Below, piece after piece: positions 38,201 to 48,158 of a DNA stretch of 64,000 nucleotides. How positions within the stretch are numbered: the stretch's first letter is position 1; each line of letters opens with the position of its first letter. Below the pieces are notes generated by a model. It saw only the letters and a program-made list of their open reading frames with translations. It did no database searches and was not told where the DNA came from. The stretch covers positions 3,348,001 to 3,412,000 of the forward strand of contig OZ176055.1 of assembly GCA_964247055.1 (NCBI GenBank), written 5' to 3'. Both the position numbers and the translations under genes were made by a program. This DNA is from Paragordius varius (Eukaryota; Animalia; Nematomorpha).

Positions 38201-38539
38201 ATGTATTCCTCCAAATGGGAATAAAGGAGCAACCTTGTGACTATTTTTCGCAAAATTTGAAAATAAAATTATTTTTTAAATTAATATTTTAAGTACTTTC
38301 AACAAAAAAAATTTCCTTACGAACCACAATTTTGTTACATATATAATACGCTTGATGTTAAAATTAGGCGAACACCTGTTTTTGTCCAAAGATAAGTTTT
38401 TGCATATGAGGAACAGCGTTCATACAATTTATTCCATTTAAATTTATGAACCATATTTTATTCAGTAAAACCTTTTATATGGTCGGTAGAAAGGGTGTAG
38501 TCCAAAGATTATGGTAAACCCTAATTCAAGAAAATATAA

Positions 38540-38574
<35 letters not shown>

Positions 38575-41500
38575 GCGTGCCATTTTACGCTGTTCTTTTT
38601 TGCACATAATAATAAAATTTTTGCGATATAAATGTAGATTCAGAAACTGGACCTTCAAATTCGGATGGGTTATCGTTAAGTGCAAATAATCTCATGTCAG
38701 GACCTTATGTTATCGAAACGGTTTTTTATGCCCCGAAAGGGGAAGTATCTCTATCAAATCGTAATATTCCATTTCTAATTGCGCAGGTTTTAACTCTTTT
38801 TATTTGATTGCGTAAATATCATTAAATTTGCCATTTTTGATATAAAATATAGGCAAATAAAAAGACTCAACAGTTTTTTTAACTTATAGAATTAAAAATA
38901 ATCATTTTGTATTCTTTATTTTTATAGGTCAATAATATCTTGCATCATCCATCCATTAAAGCTGACATTAGCGTAGTTTTACGATCTATCCGTGATTATC
39001 CAGTAAATATATTATATTATTCTCATTAAAAACAGCGATTAATAATTGTATATGCAAAATTTTTGAATTTTTAATGGATAATAAAAATATCTGCTTAAAT
39101 TGGTTTTATCTGGTAGGGATTAACCCAAAAGTTTAAAAATTTTTAAGTTTCCGTGTATAGATAGTAAACGTCCTAAATCCAACCAAATAGTATGCCAGAA
39201 ATTTAATTATAGTAGAGAATATACACATTACGATTTTTAGTAAAATTACTTGCTCTAAAGGTTCCTACGTATTTAACTTACTTGAATATTTGCTAAAATT
39301 TTAAATTTCATGAGTATTCACGTGAATTTTTATTTAACAACCTTTCCTATTTGTAAGAACACAATGACATTGGATAATTTAAACTGATTCAAACATAAGT
39401 TGAAAACACTAAATGGTTTGCTTTATAATATCACCCAATATAGCATTACAACATTATTCCTGATAATCCACAAGAAACTATGTCATATCTGAAGAAATAT
39501 AAATACACCAATGCCCCTACAATCGATGCTGCCATTTTGATGTCAAAGTAATATTTTTTTTCTAATTTAAATTTATTTGTTCATTAAAATTATATTTTCA
39601 AATTAGTCACATTGCATCTCCCGATGGTGGAACGATTGGTATTTACTAGAATATTTGATAATTATTATAATTTCAAAATTCTGTAGTATAAATTTATGCT
39701 TTTTGGTTCCTAGGATATGCTATCGTTAAAGCTATCTGTACCAAAGATGCCAGTGCATTATTGGTTCAGGATCGAGGATTTGATACCGCTCACATAATTG
39801 GTCATGAAATGGGCCATTTGTAAGTAATTAGCGAAAAAAATTTAAAATTTTTTTTAGACCCAATTGAGTAATTCAAAGTTAGATAAATTATATTAAAATT
39901 TTTACTATGATAAATCAACTTGACTATGTTTATATTAATTATAACATAATATCCATACTATTATCAAAATTTAAAACCAAATTTACTTTATAAATTATAT
40001 ACATATCTGTCTCCTTTGTAGATTAGGGGCTATTCATGATATGAAAACTGAATGTAATACCTCTGAAACCAGTGGAATAATGCATTATGAACCATTGCCA
40101 TTTCGTAGGACTGTTTGGTCGGAATGCAGTGCCACCGCAATCAATAATGTATTAAGGTAGTTAATTTATTTTGTTTAATACGCGGTTAATTTACACTATA
40201 TGTTTGAAAAGTAAAATATATGATTTAGATTAAGTTTATTAATTATATGTCAAAATTTATCACCCTGTAAATTATTCCCAAATTAAGGTTGGCCACTTAG
40301 GAGAAAAAATGGCAAAAACAAAATGTGTTAAACAGCTGACTATTTGTATATATTCTTTTAAATAACCTATTCGCTGATTTATTAAATAATATATCGGTGA
40401 TGTAAAAATTATAACACTAAATGTAACTCCATTCCAGGTACGGAACGGTTTAACTATAAAAGTAGCTGTGCGCAAAACCGTGTTTATGCATATCCACAAA
40501 TTATGACCCCCATAAATATGAAATTTATTTTTATAAAAGAAAATCTTATTTTTAGCATTTTAGACGTTGTACTTATACTTTCCAAGCCTTTTAAACCACA
40601 ACTTTCCCATTATTATTTTCAAGATTTAACAATTTTTATTCACAATAAAAAATGTTTGAGCAAAAATTTTTAAACAGCTACCTACGAAATCATATATATT
40701 GTGTAGTTTATTTATATTATTTACATGAATGTTGCCAGGTCGGGGCGAGCAGATTGTTTATTGGATGGTTATGCGGAACCGTATGAAAGGCATGAACTTC
40801 CAGGGGCTACGATGTTTTCCGATGAACAATGTCAAAAAAATTGGAATCTAAATTACAAAACTTATTATAAGGTCCTAATTTATTATAATATTTAATTTTT
40901 TATTAACTGTATATTTGGCGGTATTTAAGATAAATAATATTATAGGGGCAGTTAAAATATTGAAAAAAATGTATTTTAAATATTTAATTAATTTGTAATT
41001 TTAGGATTTTATTTATCCAAAATATATTTTTGCATTACACGATAATTTTTTGGATTAGGGTTCAAACTGCACCATACTTAAATGTATAAAGAAAGAAATT
41101 AAAACACGAAATGAACAACCGTTGGATGGTACACCATGCAAAAATCACAAGGATGGCACACATGAATTAACCGATGAAAAAAGTTCCGAAGTATATTTAA
41201 ACAAACTAATTTCAAATAAGTTTTAGATTTCAAAAAAAACTTTTTTTCTGCTAGATATGTTTTAGAGGCAAATGCGTCGATAAATCAATCATATATGGTT
41301 CTAAACGTGGGATGTGGACCAATTGGTCTGAATGGTCCCCCTGTAAAGGATTTTGTCCACTTGGCTATAAACAGAGAACTCGTACTTGTAAATATTCCAG
41401 GTAAGTCGTTTTCCAGCAAAAATTGAATTTATATGGACAAAAGTAAAATATGAAAATATAAAGACAAATATTTTTTTTAAAAGACCGCTGTACTTTTTAA

Positions 41501-42445
41501 ACTTAATTATTGTTATAAATATCACAATATGAATAGAAATAGATGGTAACAGAATCAATTATGTATTTTACAATTGAAATTAAATAATTATAATATAGGA
41601 AACCTTAAGGTTTAAAATATGGTGGTCTTTTTAATTTGTCTGTAGGTTTTAACGTTTTTGTCTGTATAATCGAAAATTTTACTGTTATAATATTTTTTAA
41701 GATATGTTTTTCTCTAGTGAAATCAAGGGCATGTATTGTGATGGTGACTCTCAAATGACCAAATTATGCAAATTGGTAATCATATACGGTGTTGAAACAG
41801 TTTTTTATAAATTTTGCTAAATTTAAAACTATATATACTGTATTTTATGATAGGATTGTTCAAATGCCATTCAAATGAATTACAAGGACGTTAATCAACA
41901 ACTATGTGATAAAGAAAAATCTGGAGCCCGTTTTAAACAAAGTAAACTTAAATCTCACTTATTCATTCATGTTTAAAGTTAACATTAATTTTAACATGGA
42001 GGTAAATGGTTCTAAAAACGGACCAGTTGTTAATGTGGAAATAAGATTTCAATCTTGAAGGTTTACCTAATCATGATTCTAATCCTATATTATTGAATAA
42101 ATTTATAATTTAAAAAAAATAATTTTTTTAAAACAGAGGGCACAAATAAATTATTTAAGCCGTTGATATATCGGTTATTATTTTTGTAGAATGGGGAAAA
42201 ACGTTTCAAAAAGAAAACTTAAAAGCTTAAAACTGTTTTAACCCTGTTCAAATTTATTCTTAACATAAACCGTTAAATAATTATTAAAGATATATGTTTG
42301 ATGTTTTGTTGCAGATGCGCAATACCCTTGTCTCATTGGGTGCTTAAAGGATTCCAACCTTTTCATATTTGAAACAAGTGTGGTAGATGGAACTCCATAC
42401 AATGGTACGGCGGTATGTGTTAAAGGACTAGTTTATGCCTTATGA
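35234..42445 (+). CDS. ADAMTS-type secreted zinc metalloprotease (signal, pro, M12B catalytic, disintegrin-like, one TSR1, partial Cys-rich domain)
   Basis: Exon 35234-35348 gives a hydrophobic signal (FWIRFLTVFIIFVFNVPAYC), spliced in phase 1 to AEYTIVIP (36021). Catalytic motifs: YVIETVFY, DAAILMS, HEMGHLLGAIHD (split by intron 39820-40021), Met-turn GIMHY, WSECS. Then LPGATMFSDEQC, PLDGTPC, TSR WTNWSEWSPC...RTRTC, and VVDGTPY...VCVKG before the stop at 42445. Confidence 0.88.
38545..38570. repeat. (TA)n microsatellite
   Basis: AT run in an ADAMTS intron. Confidence 0.9.
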
Positions 42446-42609
42446 GAAAAATGTTAGCCAATCAACTACTTATCTTTTTACCACATCGAAAGAAAACAAA
42501 ATTATTTTTCAATCATTTGAATACGTTTTAATAGGAATAAATTTTACAATTTTGGCGAAATAATCATATGTACTTTATTTGTTTCGATTTTATATTTAAG
42601 CGGTTAGAT

Positions 42610-42660
42610 CAGTGTTCTCAACTTAGAGGCGTGAAAAATATATTTTGCGCCTCGCCTCCA
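42610..42660 (+). mobile_element. Possible hAT/Charlie-type left terminus (right end not found)
   Basis: CAGTGTTCTCAAC resembles Charlie-group TIRs and is followed by GC-rich GAGGCG/GCGCCTC motifs. Confidence 0.3.
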
Positions 42661-43489
42661 AGGAAGCTTCTATCAAATACATGAGTGAATATCCATGATT
42701 ATCAATTTTAAAAATTATTTTTTTAGGCCGCCTGAAATTTCGGAAAAATAAGTCGGGCCCACAATTTTAAATTATATGCTAATTTTAGCTTAACCAATTA
42801 TATATGGAACTTATTTTTAAGGCTCATGTGTGATTTTACTGTTTTGTGATGCCATGTTAGGGGACCTCCAAAGCCTGTTTTAAAACGCATTAATACGCAG
42901 ATCCAATATTTTTGCAATTGATTTACAAGTTCCTTTACTTTGATTTAAATTTCTTGTTCAAATAAAAATGTTTATTTTAATTATTTCCGAATAGCAAAAT
43001 TTAAACTTTTTGATTTCGCTCAAATGCTCCGTCTCACGTCTTGTGAAAATACAGATATTCTAAAAAATATAAGTCCCTAAATTTATGTTTAATTTTTCAA
43101 ATAAACAGATTTTAATTACAATAAATAATTACGAAAGCGCAGAACATATTCTAACCACAATTAAATTAGCACCTCAGTTTGAGTTTTCTACCTGTAAAAT
43201 TAAAAAAAATTAAACCATTTTTTGTGAAAAGAAAATACATGAATATATTAATAATCTGTTATGATAAAGGTTTGGTGCCCCTTTTAAAAAAATAGTTTCC
43301 CCAGAAATGTAGACAAATTGGTGTTATTATTTAGAATTTAAACTGCGTAAGTTTCAAACAGGTATCCAATATTTTTCGGTTATATATGGTATACGGCTAT
43401 TAAAAGAAATATTTATTTCCGTCAAAATCTTATGTTACACCTAGTTTTTATAAATAACATACAAAAAATATACAAAAGCAGTAGTATGA

Positions 43490-44660
43490 GCTCGAAAGAG
43501 AAGTTCTAAGTTACGCCAATTTATCAGGGGGAAAAGTCAAATTGTTTGCTAATTGTTTTAGTGTACCAAGAAAACTAATACCATGAGTTTTAAGGAGGAA
43601 AGGGTGCAAAGAATGAAATTATTCAAGCTATAAGGATTCTCTACCACAATAAAATACCAAGGTAACAACTGCCTATGGCTTTACTCAAAAATTCAAATGG
43701 ATTCCGGTTGCATCAAAACTCCGTTATTTATAAGCCCTATACTTTTAAGACCACAGATGAAATTACAGGCAACATTAGAATAGGGTAACCGTGGCAGAAA
43801 TTGTTGGCCGACGATATGAGACTTATTTCTACAAAGAAGACCTTGTACACAATTTGGAAATCGACTCTCGAAGGTTTTGGCCTTTAAGTAAATTTACCAA
43901 TCTAATTTTGTGACAGACGTTATTAATAAAAACACAAAGTGTCCCTGTATTGTTTCTAACAAAGATGTTGAATCTAACTCCTTGCACATGTTGCAATTTG
44001 TGGTTAGACAAAAAGTGTTCTGGCCCCCAATCCTTGGACATGCCAAACTTTGTATGCAAACCATGTATTTTAAAACCTAATAAAATTAACCATCTATTAG
44101 CAACCCCCATGCAATTGAAACAGAAGATTCCCTTAAATACCTCGGCCACGTTATCCGCTGGAGGAGGTAGAGAAAATGCAATAAAACACCCATCCAGCCA
44201 AGCATGGAAAAAATATCATTCCATCAAGCATTATATAAACAAAAAATTTATAAACATTACGATCAAAGCAAAAATATACACTAGAGCGATACGGTTGGCC
44301 CTTACATACGGTGCAGAAAACTGGCCGTTGACAAAACTAATAAATATAAAATCTTACGAACAGAAATTAAAATCCTAAGACAATTTTTTTATGCATTAAA
44401 CCCAATATTATATTGACGCTGACTCAAATAGGCCTAATTGATCATATAATCCAAACCACAAGACTAAGCTGGTTAGGAAACATGATAATATTTTGAAAAA
44501 GATGCATCATTATAAATTGGATATAAAAGCTCTACCAGGTCGTCCCTTTCATGGCACAACAATCACAGAAGATCTAGAAGAACGAAAAATTGATGTTAAA
44601 GACGAGAACGCAACCCATGGAATAACAGACACTTGCTATTGACCCTGATCAAAAATGGTG
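43490..44660 (+). mobile_element. 5'-truncated, decayed non-LTR retrotransposon (RTE-like RT fragment)
   Basis: LLADDM (43801-43818) is a YADD-like RT motif. A Cys-rich C..C..W..KKCSG...FVCKPC segment follows, then ENAIKHPSSQAWKKY...KAKIYTRAIRLALTYGAENWPLTK, typical of the RTE post-RT region. Multiple frameshifts and stops. Confidence 0.8.
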
Positions 44661-44734
44661 AGTTGTTAAAAAAATAAATATATTAATAATATTTCTAATA
44701 TCATCGGTATACGTATAGCATAAATATATGAATT

Positions 44735-45464
44735 TTATTTATAATTGTTAAATATGGGTTCTAATGCTTCATTTAATATATCAAGTATAAGGGAAGATTT
44801 TTCACTGGTGTCGTCATTTTGTTTAATTAATTTATGGTCAACGATAGGTTCGAAAACAATAGATCCCCCTCCATCATCAGGGATTTCTGTTGTGTTGCTT
44901 TTATCATCATTTTCAGAAGTTTTGGACGAAGCATCAGAAGTAAGAGGAATAAGGTTGCGTAAATTACGTACAATAAAATTCTGTTGTTCGCTATGATATT
45001 GTCCCAGAGTTCGTTCAAGTTCACGAATTTTGAAATTTTGCTTCTCCACCAGGAATCCCAACTCATGGATTTGAGCACCAATCGATTTAAACTTGTAGGC
45101 AAGTTCATCGTCTTTTGCTGCTTGACTTTTGGCAGAACGAAAGTATTCTAAAGTTAAAGTCCCAGCCGCAATTAAAAAAATTAACGCTTCACCCAAAAGA
45201 TCGGCCCCTAAATCAATGGCCATTGCTTCATTAAGTTTCTCCACACGATTAGGAGTACCCAATCCAAGAACGTGCATTTTGGTTACGGTTTCGATCTTGT
45301 GATAAACTAAAAAATATTAAAGAAAATGTACTTTGAGCAGGTGGTATGACTATATAAGTACGAAAGAATGGACTTGTTTTTGCCTTTTCCCGTAAAACCC
45401 TAACTAGTGGTTTGCTTAATTGTTTTACCGCAAGGTATCCAAGTTTCACAAGTGGAAAAACCAT
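44735..45464 (-). CDS. OPA3: OPA3 mitochondrial outer-membrane lipid metabolism regulator, 2 exons, 234 aa
   Basis: Exons 45464-45332 and 45306-44735 give MVFPLVKLGYLAVKQLSKPLV...SPFFRTYIVIPPAQ|IYHKIE...KLNEAMAIDLGADLLGEALIF, the OPA3 family motif. Confidence 0.92.
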
Positions 45465-45608
45465 ATAACTTTAATAAGAACCATAAAATTGTTATACAAT
45501 TTTTGGCTATAGAGTATTTTTACATCATCTGTGTGATTACAATGAAGAGTGTTTAAGGCATGTGTTTTTTTTCAAAAATCAATGTGCTGAAAAATATTTA
45601 AATTTGCC
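45465..45608. promoter_or_regulatory. 144-bp bidirectional promoter/5'UTR region between OPA3 and the zinc-finger gene
   Basis: OPA3 ATG at 45464 (-) and predicted ZF ATG at 45609 (+). Confidence 0.6.
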
Positions 45609-47755
45609 ATGGATCTTGAAAATCAAAGGAGAAAAAGTTTATTATATTAATAAACGTTAGGCGAAAGAAGTTTTAAACCTTCAGCTGCTGTTCAACAGCT
45701 TATAAATGATTTGTATATATCAAATGACGCCAAGAATACTTTGACCACAGTGTATATTTCAAATTTAACTCGGCAATCGAATGAAAACATGGGCAACAAT
45801 CCTACAGCTATGAGAAATGACAATATTTTTTCTTCGTTAGAAAGTTTTTTTAGATTTAATTTAAAAACAGTAACGAACGGGACACTCACCGAAAATATTT
45901 TGTGTCCATATTGTGACTTTTCATCTGAATCTAAATCCTCTATGTATTCTCATATTTCAAGCAGACATAATAATAAACTTGAAAAATTTGATGATAAAAT
46001 TCGTATTTACTTTGTTTTAATAGCTCTAGCTTTTAAGGATTACATGATATTAGAAAATAATAAATTCAAATGTTTAGCCAAAAATTGTGGTTATGAAACC
46101 AATTATAAAACTACGTTTTGTGTACATTTTAAACGTTCCCACAGATATACAAGTATTTTCAAATTTAACTTTAGATAGCGATCGCCCAATTTCAGAAAAG
46201 TATGATATTCCAGCAAAAAATAGAATTAAAATAGATAAAACTGTTGCCGCTAATAATATTTTACCAGGAAATTTCAAAGCAAATCCGAAAGTATCTGTTA
46301 AGAAAGAACCACGCGTAAAATATGTTTCTAGGCGACGTGAAACCGTTTATCCGCTTGCTACATTTCCTGATCGAAATTCCAATTATTATCAAGCCTTTAG
46401 CTATTTTAATGGTGGTTCCCATGGTAACGGAGAACCAGACAGCCATTTTTTTCAAGATATTTCAAACATTTCCTACCATAAAAATGATAGTATTTATCAT
46501 AATTGTGATTCACCATCAAACTTTTTTTCAACACATACTGGTTTTGATTTTAGTTTAAGCGCCCTGCCAGAATCTGAGAAAAAACCGATCATACATAAAT
46601 GGGAAAAGGAAAATGGTTTGTATATGAGGATTATTTAATTTTAAACTGTGTTTTTGAATTTTAAAACTTTCCTATAAATAAAATTGTTTTTATATTTTTG
46701 GCTTCTTAAATTGGTTAGATTTCGTAAAAGATTTATTATTTTTATTTAATATTGTTTTTGATTTTTATATATAGTATATTAATTATATAGCAATATAGTA
46801 TTTACTGTAAAAGTTATTTTTATATATTTATAATAGGTGGTAACCTGGCCCTACCCAAAAATCCGAGAATAAGATATGGAGGTTATATATTCATTTTTTT
46901 ATTTTTACGAATTAGAATATGTTTTTATATTTTAAAAAGTTAAATTATACAATAAAGTTATAAAATATTCTGTGTTATTAGTTGTAATAATCAATCCACA
47001 TTTAAGTTAATTTCTTAAACATAATCCTTTGTATGAAATTATTGAAAAAATCCCAATTATAACTATTTAAAAAATGGGATTTTAAGGCGATTATTAAAAA
47101 CAAATTTGTTTAACTTAAGATCGGTATTGGTTCATTAATTTTTTGTTCAAGCTCTGTTTTCATATAAACTCCGGTCAATTCTGGATAAAAGCTATTTATA
47201 TATCATTATAATAATACTAAAATTAGAAGAAAGTGTCAGTTTGCTCATTCAATAATGAAAACTTTCTATTTTGTCTATTAATTCATATATCATGCTCATT
47301 AATTATTAATAATTTCTTGATAACTATATAAATATATGCTACTTATGAAAAATATCCTTAAAGAGCATTGATTTGGAAGTTTCTAATGATATAGTTATCA
47401 AGGATCGGATTCGGAGATTTCGCACCACGAAGTAATTCATATTCATAATATTTATACTTCGTGGTAATCTGAAATGATTTTATTTTACGTAACACATGCC
47501 CTTGTGTACAACTAATGATTTTACAGATCATTAGAAACTGGCCTTTGCCGATAGCGCATTTTCATTCTTTAGCCTACACCACGGGGAGGTTATAGGGCTG
47601 ATTTTATTATTTAAATTTATCTTAATGCTTAGAATATTAACTATATTGAAAATTATCGTAAGCATGTCATTTAATTTCTTGTTATTAGTCGTCAATTTAC
47701 TTTTACGGGTCATAAAAATCGTGTTTCGAACCGCGATTTGTGGGCAGCAGTTTAA
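45609..47755 (+). CDS. C2H2 zinc-finger protein of unknown family (387 aa model; 327 aa if it ends at 46638)
   Basis: Exons 45609-45636, 45661-46152, 46175-46615, then phase-compatible small exons 46837-46881, 47403-47431, 47527-47588, 47689-47755. Fingers CPYCDFSSESKSSMYSHISSRH and CLAKNCGYETNYKTTFCVHFKRSH. The distal exons rest on splice-phase fit only. Confidence 0.55.
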
Positions 47756-48158
47756 GTAATCAGTGAATGATATAAATACAAGCATATATTGATAAATTTG
47801 CTGATTAATTACACAAAATTATTATTTGGTTGTTTATGATCGGAATAATTTTTAAATTAATAATAAAGATCCATTAATTATTTAAAATAAAAAAATTATC
47901 AACAACTAAGAAATTATTGTCACATCTGAGTGTAATATTTTCCAAGTGTCTTATTCTTTTTTTAATCAAAACTTTCCTTTTTGGGATTGATCGTATCCAA
48001 GTTATATTAATTTATGATATTATGTTAAATTTAAATATATGCATTCTATTGATATTATTTTAAAAAAAATTCAGAAAAAAATATGCAACATTATTAAAAT
48101 ATAGCTTATATTTTCAGAAATATAAATTTGCAATTATATTATATATAAATTATCAAAG

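Noticed and set aside
47395-47450. Frame reading LSRIGFGDFAPRS, resembling a K+ channel pore signature (TIGFGD)
   Set aside because: It is bounded by stops, has no flanking TM helices, and another frame of the same bases fits as a phase-compatible ZF-gene exon.
47510-47605. Possible box C/D snoRNA (ATGATT ... CTGA)
   Set aside because: Box C is imperfect, there is no terminal stem or recognisable rRNA complement, and the segment fits as a coding exon.
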